Positions 32,184 through 42,726 of a stretch of 64,000 nucleotides of DNA are shown here, piece after piece; the stretch's first letter is position 1; each line of letters opens with the position of its first letter. The notes below the pieces were generated by a model. The model searched no databases. It had not been told where the DNA came from and worked only from the letters and a program-made list of their open reading frames with translations. Source of the DNA: Chloropicon primus (taxonomy: Eukaryota); contig CP060769.1 in assembly GCA_023205875.1 (NCBI GenBank), positions 372,001-436,000 on the forward strand. Reading direction: 5' to 3'. The position numbers were made by a program, and so were the translations under genes.

Positions 32184-34175
32184 TCAGTTGCTCCCAGGCT
32201 CATCTGCGGTGCCTTCTGGCTCCTCCGCCTCCGCCTTGGACTCCGGCTGGTTTGGCTAAAGAAAAGATGGAATTAGAGAGAGTCAGTAACTGTGAAGAGC
32301 GAAGCCAAAAAGAAAAACTTACTGTGATGGGCATATCGGCACGGATCACGTAGTAGTCAGATCCCCAGGGCACGTAGTCCTTCATGCGCTTGCTCAGGCC
32401 AATGTGCCAGGCGGGCGTCACCTAGGAAGAAAAAGAGGGAAGGGAGTTAATCAGCACCACCGAAATTTAGAGAGAAGAAGGGTGGTTCCACTGCTTACCA
32501 GGTTGCTCACGGGGACTTCCTGGAGGATGGCTGCTTGAGCGTTCGCTGTCGCGTTCACGCGCGCTCCGTGGTCCTCGACTGTAGAGAGCTCATCCAAAAT
32601 CTCCTGCACGGTGGTTGAGTTGAAGCACCCCATGTTCTTGCCTCCGTCGCCGCGGAAGAAGGCGTTAAGGAACCAGCCAGGATCCCCCGCTGGCAGAGTG
32701 TGCTGCGCCCACATCAACACTGGTGAGAGAAAAAAGGGAGGGAAGGGTCAGCCAAGCAACCTTGTCAGAGAACAGAGTGCGCACTTACTGTCAAAGTCAC
32801 CCTCGTCGATGATTTCCTGCGTCTCGGACCAATCGTCCCCAGTAAGAACTTTTTCCACTGTGATACCAAGGCCTTCGAGTGTATCTTGAATCACGGGCTG
32901 CATGATGACCAGCCCAGGCCTGTGAGGGTAAGCCACGAGCTTGACCTTGAGTTCCTCGCCTTGGGCATTTGTGCGCTTGCCGCTTGGCGAGACCTTCCAC
33001 CCGGCCTCGTCCAGGAGCTCCTCAGCACCGGTCTTGTCTTCGTCCGCACCCAGCCCAAGGGACTCAGAGAAATAGGGTGTTCCCTGGGGGAACAAGCTGC
33101 GGGTTCCCTTGCCTCCCTGAAGAGCCTGAGACAGCGCGTTGCGGGAGATTGCCTAGAAAGAGAGAGAGAGGGAAGAGGTTGGTCAGCGTGGCTGAAATTT
33201 AGGGAGAAGAAGGGTAGTGAATCTTCACCTTGTCGATGGCCTCCCTCACGCGCACGTCTGCCATATTGTTCTTGCAAAGGTTGTAAAAGACCATGTAGTG
33301 ATAGCCGACTTCAAAGGACTTGATTCCGACGTCGTCCTTCTTCCTCAAATCCGCCAGCGTATCCACGGGAAGATGAAATGCCACGTCGACTTGCCCCAGC
33401 TCCAATGCGGCGGCCAATGCATCTCCGTCCTGAAACTTCTTCAAGGTGATTTCTTGGCGCTCGTCCGCTCCGGGGTAGTGCACGTTGGGAACCAAATCGA
33501 TGTGGTCGTCCTCCACGAAGTTCTAGCCGAAATAAAACCCAACCCAAAGAAAGAAATGCGCGAGACCAAGTCAGTTTCAGTCAAGCAGGCAAAACCACCC
33601 CCTCCCGCTGCTGCACACTGTGAACTCACCTCCACGGCGTACGGCCCAGTGAAGACAAAGGTGGGCTCGAAGCCCGTGTCGTCCACGTAGTATATCGGGA
33701 AGGCCCACTCCGCGAGAACAGAGTCCATGATGTGGGTGGGCTGAGTGGACTCGATCCGGACGGTGAGGTCATCGATCGCTTCGGCTTTGAGGTCGGAACC
33801 CAACGAGGACTGCGCCGAGGGATTGAGGGTGTTCATCTCCGTCAAGGCTTTGGCCACGAGGTCGGCGGTGACGGGAGTCCCGTCCGAGAACTTGTACCCG
33901 TCCTTGAGCATCACGTCCCACACCTGATCAGATACTTTTTGGACAGACGAGGCGACCTGAGGGACGATCTCGCCCATTTCGTCCACTGTGAACAACTTCT
34001 CCGCGATTCCGTGGGACACGAGCGACCACGCAGTTGAATCAAGTGTCGCGTTCGTCGATCCCGCCATGAAGGTCTTTCCGACGACTATGGCGTCGTCCTT
34101 GGCAGCCTGGGAGGATCCAGTCAGGATCGACAAGCAAAGGAGAAGGACGATCGCGTGTGCCCTCCAAGTCATCAT
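32184..34175 (-). CDS. Family-5 ABC-transporter solute-binding protein (NikA/DppA/OppA-like), secreted, 6 exons
   Basis: Signal peptide, IAEKLFTVDEMGEIVPQVA, LKDGYKFSDGTPVTA, FTGPYAV, DVRVREAI, AEELLDEAGW, GDPGWFL and AQAAILQEVP. Five GT-AG introns at ~33523-33629, 33153-33228, 32720-32788, 32422-32499 and 32256-32322. Confidence 0.85.
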
Positions 34176-34417
34176 GATGGATCGTGAGAGAGAGAGAGAG
34201 AAAGAAAAAGAGAAAGAAAGAGAAAGAGAAAGTGGTTCTCGGATTGTTGCGGTGCTAGGGCGTCAGCGTCCGTTCGAAAAGTGATGCGGATTGCGCTAGA
34301 TGTGTTCGCCTCCTGCCTTGCCGAAGACCTCGCGTTACGATGACGATGATGATGTAACGCACGAGGTGAATGCGTGTAAAAAACGGAACACTCAAAAAAC
34401 GAAAGCGAGGAGCGAGA

Positions 34418-34424
<7 letters not shown>

Positions 34425-34450
<26 letters not shown>

Positions 34451-34581
34451 GAAGGGAGCGCCATCGCCGAGTAGGAGGGGAGAGGAGGGAGAAGGAGAGG
34501 CAAGATCGGGAATACTCATCTTCTCAGCTTTCGTTTGATACCTCACTTGAGGGGATTGGCGTGTCGGAAGCGAGTGCCATC
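34425..34581 (+). repeat. Dispersed ~155-bp promoter cassette, second copy
   Basis: Direct repeat of 30511-30666, lying ~25 bp upstream of the hydrolase ATG. Confidence 0.9.
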
Positions 34582-34604
34582 AAGGAAACAGCAGGGCTTG
34601 AGTG

Positions 34605-35549
34605 ATGACTCGAAGGAGAGTATTTCTGGCGGCAGAGAGGGGTGCTCGCCTCGCGTGCGAGTCCTTACCGAGTACCTCTAGTGCTGCACAGGAAGCGAGC
34701 TATTGGTTCTTCACTCACGGGATCCTGGGCTCGGCGAGGAACTGGAAAAGTTTTGCCAAAAAGTTTGCAGAGAGAGCAGAGGCCAAGCTCCACAAGCCGG
34801 TGGTGTGCAAGCTCATCGACATTCGGTGCCATGGTGCCAGCTCGGCAAGCACGGCAATGGATGGACCGCACAACATGGCCAACGCTGCGAGGGACTTCGT
34901 TTGGACCATTGACGCGGAGCTCGGAGGGAAAGGCCGCGTCGACGGTTTGGTGGGGCACTCTCTGGGCGGGAAGGTCGTCCTTCGGTACCTGCAAGAGCTG
35001 AAAGGGATGGAGCAAGGCAAGGAAGCCGTGGATTCAGTCTCTCGGCTTGTTCCTCGATCCACTTGGATCCTGGACTCCTTGCCAACTACAGCGAGAGGCG
35101 GCCTCGTGGGGGACACGGAGGCTATCATCGCCCAAGTCGCCCAAGTGGACCTGTCGGGCTTCGCCAAGCAGTCTGAAGTGTTGAAGCACCTTGAGGCCAA
35201 GGGTATTGCGACGCCTATTGCGATGTGGCTCTGCTCGAGCTTGGTCAAGGAGGGCGAAGCGCTGGATTGGAAATTCGACATCGCTGGCTGCAGAGAACTG
35301 TTTCAGTCGTTCAAGGAGGAAGACCTCATGCCGGTCGTGAGGGATCCTCCGAGGGGGACGTCGTTGCACTTTGTCAAAGCCGAAAGGAGCTCCAGGCTCG
35401 AAAGGGAGGTCGGGGAGGAGCTCCGGGCGCTGTGCGAGAATTCTGTGCACCCTCTCAAGCTGCACGTGTTGGAGAACGCGGGTCACTGGCTTCACGTCGA
35501 CAATCCAAAGGGGCTGCTGGACATGATGGCAGGAAGCCTGAAACCTTAG
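34605..35549 (+). CDS. Alpha/beta hydrolase, ABHD11/YbfF-like
   Basis: HGILGSARNW, DIRCHG, GHSLGGK nucleophile elbow and NAGHWLHVDNP. Confidence 0.9.
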   Translation: MTRRRVFLAAERGARLACESLPSTSSAAQEASYWFFTHGILGSARNWKSFAKKFAERAEAKLHKPVVCKLIDIRCHGASSASTAMDGPHNMANAARDFVWTIDAELGGKGRVDGLVGHSLGGKVVLRYLQELKGMEQGKEAVDSVSRLVPRSTWILDSLPTTARGGLVGDTEAIIAQVAQVDLSGFAKQSEVLKHLEAKGIATPIAMWLCSSLVKEGEALDWKFDIAGCRELFQSFKEEDLMPVVRDPPRGTSLHFVKAERSSRLEREVGEELRALCENSVHPLKLHVLENAGHWLHVDNPKGLLDMMAGSLKP

Positions 35550-35612
35550 TGGCGACCCGTCTGATTCACAAAGCTACATTACTGCTGTACAAGATAGATT
35601 ATGCCGTTCAGT

Positions 35613-36623
35613 TCACACGCCATCGAAGCCGTCGAAAGACGCGTAGCCTTCGCTCTCAAGCTCCAAGGCGAGCTCAGCACCTCCGGTCTTGATGCATCGC
35701 CCGTCCTTCATGATGTGCACGTAGTCGGGCTTGATGTAGTTCAAGAGGCGCTGGTAGTGCGTGATCAGGATGACCGACATGTCCTTCTTCTTTCTCCTCA
35801 GCTTGTTCAAGGCGTCCGCGACGTTCTTCAACGCGTCGATGTCCAATCCAGAGTCGACCTCATCCATGATTGCGAGGTCAGAGTCCATGACCGCCAGCTG
35901 CAGCACCTCGTTCCTCTTCCTCTCTCCACCGCTGAAGCCTTCGTTGACGTTCCTGCTGAGGAACTTTGGGTCGATGTCCAGCTCCTGGAGGATCGGAGTC
36001 ACGTGGCCGTAGAACTCCAGCGGGTCGAGCTCAGTCTCCCCGAGGGCCGCCCTCCTAGCGTTGCACGCGAGCCTCAGGAAGTCCGTGTTGTTCACCCCAG
36101 GAACCTCGACGGGGTACTGGAAGCTAAGGAAGAGGCCGGCGTGGGACCTCTCCTCCGGCTCCAGCTCGAGCAGGTTCCCTCCCTTGTACGTCACGCTTCC
36201 GCCATCGACCTTGTAATCCGGGTGCCCGACCAACACCTTGCTCAAGGTCGACTTCCCGCAGCCGTTCTGCCCCATAATCGCATGAACCTCCCCTCTGTTT
36301 ATCCGCAGGTTCAAGCCCTTGAGTATGCTCTTGTCATCGATGGACGCCTCCAATCCCGACACTTCCAGCACACATCCATTCGCACCACCTGCTTCCTCCG
36401 TTGTCGCCGCCACGCGACACTTCCTCCGCCTCCTCCTCTCCGAGCAGCGGGAGCAACAACTCCCACATCCTCCTCCTCCTGCTTCCTGCATCGGAGCTGT
36501 CACACCTTTCCTCATGCCAAACGCAGGGATGCCGATGCCGATGCCCCTCCTCGTCGAGGTCCCCACTGTCGCTCTCGGTGTCCTCGCCATCGACGGACGC
36601 ATCCCTCTCGCCGTGCTCGCCAT
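35613..36623 (-). CDS. SUFC: Fe-S cluster assembly ABC ATPase SufC, plastid precursor
   Basis: GEVHAIMGQNGCGKSTL, FQYPVEVPGV, RNVNEGFSGGERKRNE, DEVDSGLDIDAL, ITHYQRLL and LESEGY. Confidence 0.96.
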   Translation of the reverse strand: MASTARGMRPSMARTPRATVGTSTRRGIGIGIPAFGMRKGVTAPMQEAGGGGCGSCCSRCSERRRRRKCRVAATTEEAGGANGCVLEVSGLEASIDDKSILKGLNLRINRGEVHAIMGQNGCGKSTLSKVLVGHPDYKVDGGSVTYKGGNLLELEPEERSHAGLFLSFQYPVEVPGVNNTDFLRLACNARRAALGETELDPLEFYGHVTPILQELDIDPKFLSRNVNEGFSGGERKRNEVLQLAVMDSDLAIMDEVDSGLDIDALKNVADALNKLRRKKKDMSVILITHYQRLLNYIKPDYVHIMKDGRCIKTGGAELALELESEGYASFDGFDGV

Positions 36624-36916
36624 CCTCAACGCCAAACCGAGGAAAGGATCGGGAAAGGGAATGAGAATAAGAATGAAAATCCACAAGCTTCACAAGCTTC
36701 GCTATTCTTTCTCCGCGGAGGAAGAAGTGAGGACAAGGTGAAGGGCGAAGGGAGGATTCCTTTGCGTTGTGGTTGTGCCGCTGGTTCCTCGTGTCGTGGT
36801 GTGCGGTGCCTCCGTTGCCGTGGCCCTCGCTCCGCTCGCCTCGCTTTTGCTCTCGCCGCCTTGAGTTTATGGATAGGGGTTACTTCCAAAGCGAAAGGAG
36901 GAGGATGGAGATGATG

Positions 36917-37150
36917 ATTCCAAGGAGGTCTCACTCACTTGAGGAGGAAGGGAGTGATGGATGGATGGATAGGATTGCACTGTCCCCTTCTTCTTCCTCC
37001 TCCTCCTCCTTATTATTATTCCAAGGAGGTCTCACTCACTTGAGGAGGAAGGGAGTGATGGATGGATGGATAGGATTGCACTGTCCCCTTCTTCTTCCTC
37101 CTCCTCCTCCTTATTATTATTCCAAGGAGGTCTCACTCACTTGAGGAGGA
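36917..37150. repeat. Tandem repeat, 101-bp period (about 2.3 copies)
   Basis: attccaaggaggtctcactcacttgaggagga at 36917, 37018 and 37119. Confidence 0.95.
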
Positions 37151-37238
37151 GTGGTGGTAATGGTGGTGCGAAGTGACAGGTGGTTATAACACACCACCAC
37201 ACCAATCAATCAATCTATATGCTATGCTATGCTGTTCT

Positions 37239-38447
37239 TTAGATACACTTGAGGCACATGGGTTTCGTCCTGACGTACCAGGGGGTGCCGAAAAAACCCG
37301 TTTGACCTCCGGCAGCGAGGAAGAGGGCCTCCTCGCTGTTGCCAGGTAGCAGGACGAAGTCCACTGAGTGGAAGGGGTAGCCCTTCTTCTCGAACAGGCC
37401 CTTGGGCTCAGGCGACCTCGATGGTCCCGTCTCCATCATGGCCTTCGTGTCCCACAACTTGACGGAGGAGTCGCTCGAGCACGTCAGGAGCATGGTCCCC
37501 ACCGCAAGGCAGTCAAAGATGGTCCCTCGGTGGGCCCTCCACGAGTACCTGGACACGATCTGGCCCTTCTCCTTGCTCTCCAGGATGTCTATGACGTGAG
37601 CGGTGCCGTCACCGCAGCAGATGACGAGCTCCTTTTGCTTCTCCCCGAACCTCATCCAGCCCAAGCAGCTCACCGGCACGTTCAGCGGGCCGATCATTTG
37701 CTCCCACGTCTCCGCGCTCGAGAACTTCAAAATCCTGACCGTGCCGTCACTGCAAGCCGCCACGATCCTGTTCCCGTCCACCGCGATGTCAAAAACATCC
37801 ACGAGCTTGTTTGGGTTCCTGGGGCCACCGTATGCGGTCCCGCGCAAGTCCAAAGTCTTCGTCAGAAGCACCTGGGACCCCGTGCCTCCCCCATCGCCCT
37901 CCGCCCCCCGCAGCACCTCGTCCAGCCCCCAGAACAGGATCTGATTCCCGCTGCAAGTGACCAGGACGTCCGATTCGCCCTCGCAGCCTATGACGCTCCC
38001 CGTCTTGAATATCGCCTTGTACACGTGGTCCTTGTGCACGAGCCTGCCAGCCACTCGAGGCGGAGCGTCGTCGAGGGCGTCGGCGTCCACCGACCAAAGC
38101 ACCACTGTGTTGTCCGCCCCGCAGCTTGCCAGGGTCTTCCCATCATCCGACCACGACACCGAGAGGCACTCCTCGTCGTGGGCCTTGAGCACGTGCAGGA
38201 GCTTGATCTTCCGATCCAGGCCCTCGCTCCTCCACAGGCGGACCGTCTTGTCCTCCGAGCCAGTCGCGATGAGTACGAAGCTGCTTGCTCCTTCCTCATC
38301 CCTCTTCCTCTTCCCCTCGAACACTCTGCTGCATCTGCAGGAGAAGATCCGTTCGTTGTGCCCGAGAACTTGCTGTGTCGAGGCCACTTCGCTCAGCAGG
38401 CCCTCCACCGCGCCACTCGCCCGTCCTCTCCACTCCTCCTTCACCAT
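37239..38447 (-). CDS. WD40-repeat protein
   Basis: GH...ATGSEDKTVRLW, AH...SCGADNTVVLW, AACSDGTVRI and AH...TCSSDSSVKLWD. Confidence 0.9.
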   Translation of the reverse strand: MVKEEWRGRASGAVEGLLSEVASTQQVLGHNERIFSCRCSRVFEGKRKRDEEGASSFVLIATGSEDKTVRLWRSEGLDRKIKLLHVLKAHDEECLSVSWSDDGKTLASCGADNTVVLWSVDADALDDAPPRVAGRLVHKDHVYKAIFKTGSVIGCEGESDVLVTCSGNQILFWGLDEVLRGAEGDGGGTGSQVLLTKTLDLRGTAYGGPRNPNKLVDVFDIAVDGNRIVAACSDGTVRILKFSSAETWEQMIGPLNVPVSCLGWMRFGEKQKELVICCGDGTAHVIDILESKEKGQIVSRYSWRAHRGTIFDCLAVGTMLLTCSSDSSVKLWDTKAMMETGPSRSPEPKGLFEKKGYPFHSVDFVLLPGNSEEALFLAAGGQTGFFGTPWYVRTKPMCLKCI

Positions 38448-39017
38448 TCCCAACTCCCAACTCGACTCAACTCAATCAAACCAAGCGTTCCTCGTCGCAA
38501 TCCTCACCGATTGGCTCAAACAAAGTACCAAACGAAAGATCGCGAGGAGAAGATTCCCGTGACGATGTCCTCCACCACCGTCTCTGTCCTCCTCGTCCAC
38601 GACACCCCCTTCAATCAGCAAAGTCTCGACACAGGTTTCCCGTCATCAAGATGGATGCCAGCGCCAACCTCTCCGACGACTCCGTGCGTCGACTCGTTCG
38701 AGTGAGCACTCTTTCGAAAGATCGTGACGAGAGGCTTCGCGTGGTATTCCTTCCGAACTCCTCCAGCTCGCTCCTCGGACCCAGCTTCCTCGAAACTGAC
38801 GAGGCTTTCCAGTTTTGGCGGGAATGAATGATGATGAGAGATGCTGTCAGACGAAAGAGAAAGTTTTGACGTTCTGCTGCTATGGACGATGAGGGACTCT
38901 ACGCTGCGAGGCGGAGACCAGCATGAACTGGGCCTCGATGACGCCGACGGAAGTTTTCTTTTGCTCTTTTCTTTTCAACAAGCATCAAGCCTTCGCCCCT
39001 TTCAAGAATTATTGTTA

Positions 39018-40064
39018 TTATTGATGGAGGGGATCGTAGAGGGGCATCCAGTTTTGCTTGAACCAGGCCAGGGTGTCCTTCCAACCGTCCTCGAAGGACA
39101 AGACAGGGGCGTACTTCAAGTCCCTCTCCGCGGCTGAGATGTCGAACCACCTGTGAATCATGAGCATCCGGACGGCAAAGGGGTTGAGCTTGAACTTCCT
39201 CCCCAGCAAGTATCCCGCGAACGCCACCAGGTGAGCGATGGGAGTGATGAGCCAGCCGGGGACCGCCATCCTCGAGTACAAGGAGTTGTACCCCAGGGTG
39301 ACGAAGGCGTTGTCCAAGACTTTCCAAAGGTACTGGGGCTCCTTGTCGGTGACGATGTAGAACTTGCCCAGGGCGGGGCTTCCGGGGTACAGGGCCTCCT
39401 CGCCCAGAATCAAGCCGTGGCAGTAATTGTCGACGTGCGTCATGCTGATCTTGTTCTTGCCCCCGCCAATGATCCGGAGCTTCTTCCTCGCGACGAGGAA
39501 GTTGTGCAGGAACAGCATGTCTCTCGGGCCGTACACCTGGTGGGGCGCGATCGCCACCGTCAGCAGGTCCTCCCCGTCGCAAGCCGCGGACATCGCCCTC
39601 TCCCCCATCGCCTTGGTCTCCGCGTACGCGTGCGTATACTTCTTGGGAAAGTCGAGGTCCTCCACTCCCTTCCCCACGACGTCATTCCCATCAAACCGCG
39701 TGCTCGGACTGCTGCTCATGACGATCTTGTGAATGCCCAGCTCCTTGCAAGCGTTGATCACGTTCAGAGTTCCCTTGTAATTCACCTCGTAGTACTTTTT
39801 GTAATCGTGGTACGGGCCGACAAGCGCAGCGATGTGCCAGACGCAATCGCAGCCCTCGAAAGCGCTCACGAGCATGGGGTACTTTGTCAGATCCCCTTGT
39901 ACATAAACTATTTCGCAGCCTTTGATCTTCTTCTTCGCATCTTTCGGCTTGGGAGCGATGTCGAACGAGACCACGACCTTGGCTCCTCTCTCCGCAAGCA
40001 TCTCCACCAGCCTCCTGCCCACCAGGCCCGAACCTCCCGTCACTGCGCACCTCGCCGGAACCAT
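39018..40064 (-). CDS. 3-beta-hydroxysteroid dehydrogenase/decarboxylase (NSDHL/ERG26-like extended SDR)
   Basis: VTGGSGLVG, VWHIAA, VNYKGT.NV..AC, YAETKA.GE, P..VYGPRD and AAERDLKYAP. Confidence 0.88.
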   Translation of the reverse strand: MVPARCAVTGGSGLVGRRLVEMLAERGAKVVVSFDIAPKPKDAKKKIKGCEIVYVQGDLTKYPMLVSAFEGCDCVWHIAALVGPYHDYKKYYEVNYKGTLNVINACKELGIHKIVMSSSPSTRFDGNDVVGKGVEDLDFPKKYTHAYAETKAMGERAMSAACDGEDLLTVAIAPHQVYGPRDMLFLHNFLVARKKLRIIGGGKNKISMTHVDNYCHGLILGEEALYPGSPALGKFYIVTDKEPQYLWKVLDNAFVTLGYNSLYSRMAVPGWLITPIAHLVAFAGYLLGRKFKLNPFAVRMLMIHRWFDISAAERDLKYAPVLSFEDGWKDTLAWFKQNWMPLYDPLHQ

Positions 40065-41177
40065 CTTGGGATGACGTTGTTGTTGTTGTTGATGACAATG
40101 ATGACGTTGATGATGATGATGATGATGTTTGATCTCACTCCACTTTGTGTCCTTCCGGGGATGCCGCACACGAATCGAAAGATCGAAAGGTCTTCTTTCT
40201 CCTGGTACGATCTCTCGGCCTTCCCCTTCGCTCGTCCTCGTTCACGCCCTCGTCCACGTCCCTCGGTCTCGGTCTCTCTCTCGTGCAAGATCGATCTCTC
40301 GTCGGTTTCTTTCGTCAAATCTTCCTCAGGCCGTCTCTTCTGTCGAGCGACACGTCAATCGAAAGATCTGGAGGTGAAGATTCCGAAAGAGACCCTCTCC
40401 TGTTCTCTTGCTCGCGCCCTCGCTTCCCCTTCCCCTCTCTTTCCCTCCCTCTCTCTCTCTCTCTGTCGCTCCCCTCCACAGGTGCATTCATCCCATGGAC
40501 AACTCGAGCTGCTGCACCTTTGAAACTTTTGGACAAGGATTGAGGTGAGGCATCGACGATAGGAGGGCAGAGGATTGGAGTGGCGGTGGACAGAGCAACA
40601 TCAATCGATTTCGTATCACTTGGGCTTTCTTTTAAGCCCTCGCTTGAAAGTTTTGGTCCACTGGTGAGGACGGGACTGACGCTTGAAAGTTTAGACACCC
40701 CAGGAGAACCAAAGGTGAGAGGTGTTGATGCTTTGTGACGGTGGGAGAGGCTTCTGGGGCAGCAATGTCGAGGACGAATTGGAGAAAAAGTGTCTTCTGA
40801 TCTTTCAAAGAGTCCTCACTTGAAAGAGGTGGTTCACTGGTGAAGATTTGAGGAAGAATCTTCCTCAGAAAGCAACCAACAATACTTCTTGCCTGCTGCT
40901 TGTTGTGTTCGAGTGACTGGTGTGGACTGCTTTTGTCAAGCAAGGACCTTGGGATCGAAAATTGTCTGACTCGTCCCTTGCTGCTCTTCATGTGCCTCCC
41001 TCTCTCTCTTTCTCTCTCTCACTCGGTTGCTCACTCAGCATCAGTTGTGGTGGTGGCATCAGTGGATAGCAACACAGTGATGAGGTGAGGACTCGCGTGA
41101 CTTGACCTTGGGTTGGAGCAGAAAAGAGAGTTGTTGGGTTTGCTTTGAAGAGCTGCACGGAGCGTCAAATTGTCAGG

Positions 41178-41938
41178 ATGCTGGTTTATGCAATGATAGC
41201 TCACAGGATGACAACTCTCGTCGAGTACCTGAGTCACGGGTACGACGATGCCAAGTCTGCGGCGATGCACCTCCAGGGAAGGGCGACGTACGCCAAGCAG
41301 GCGGAGGGAATATTCATGTCCGAAAGGAAAGGGCCCTTCATCTGCGAGTGCATGATAGGCGGGTCTTACATCTTCATCGTCGTGGGCACGACGAGCACCA
41401 AGGAGCAGGAAATTCGGGATTGTCTCTTGGATATCAGGTACGTTCTCGTTGTCGTCCTCGATGGGTGATGATCCTCTAACCCACAGGGTTGTCGATGTTG
41501 CTTCCTCTTCCTCGGCCACACTCCTCCAGGTCGACCGTCAGCGATGTGCTGTACCAAGTGAAGAAGCCCGTGGCCAACATGCTGAGCACGAGGCTGACCC
41601 CGATCCTCCAGGAGAAGGTGGAGCAGTACAACGTGACTCGGGAAGTGGCGACGGACCAAGGGATCGTGAAGATCAAAAACGAGCTGGCCGAAGTGAACGA
41701 TATCATGAGGAGCAACATCCACAAGGTTCTCGATCGGGGGGAGAAGCTGGAGGAGCTCGAGGAAAGCACCACGGACCTCGTGGCGAGCTCAGCCATGTTC
41801 CAGATGAAAGCGAGGAAGCTGAGGCGTCAAATGTTTTGGGAAAAGTGGTGCAAGTATCTCGTCATGTTCGTTGTCCTTGCCGTCGTGGGCCTCTTCATTT
41901 ACCTCATGATCGCCCTGAAAGAGCGCAACAGCAGTTGA
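41178..41938 (+). CDS. Longin R-SNARE (VAMP7-like), 2 exons
   Basis: Longin-like N-terminus MLVYAMIAHRMTTLVEY, SNARE motif EVNDIMRSNIHKVLDRGEKLEEL..F..ARKLRRQMFW and a C-terminal TM helix. Intron ~41439-41530. Confidence 0.88.
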
Positions 41939-42726
41939 TGAATGGCGACGACGTACGTATAGAGCGCGGGACAGTTTTGCTTTTCCTTGGAGCATTGGGC
42001 CCCGTCCGGAGGAGGAGGAGGACTTTCTCGATGAAGGATGAAGAGACCACACGCAGGGAGGACGCTCTGGGCAGCAGCAGTGATGATGCCTGCCTGTTTG
42101 TTTCTTTGTTTGTTTACGTGTGGGGAGAGGAAGGCTGAGTCTGGGAGCAATCCCAATCCTGTTGTTGATTGTTGCTGCACATAGACATAGTCCCAGCATC
42201 AGCATAAGCATAAGCGTCACCAAGTAACGGACGAGCGGAGCGATGAAAATCCAGTTTCCAAGTGTGACGGAAGGAGGGCTACAGAGAGGAGGAGGGCGAA
42301 CAGAGAAGTGCCGAGGCATCATGCAAGGTGCAAGGTGGGGACTAGTGGAAGGTGGAAGAGCTCTTCCATGTGTGTGGAATCCCAGGCCACCTTTGGAAAC
42401 ACCCACAAGCCATGCCTCCCTCCAAACCAACGACAAAAGTTTGTTGCATAGGCATAGCATCACTACACACTAATTTAACCCTTGGGACGCCCCATAATGG
42501 GGCCCAAGAAAAAGAGTAGAATATCTTCAAACCCTCTCAGCTCAGCGACGTTACCTACGATGTTGGTCGACCTCGCTCGTGATTAAGGGAACACGACGCA
42601 AAGGTAACGCCTTGCGGTGGAGGGTAAAGCGATGGGGAGGGCAAAGCCGAAGGAGCCAAAGCTCTACGCCGGAGCGCTTTCCAATCCTATTTCATCCACC
42701 GATTGGGCGAACAGAACTCGACCACG

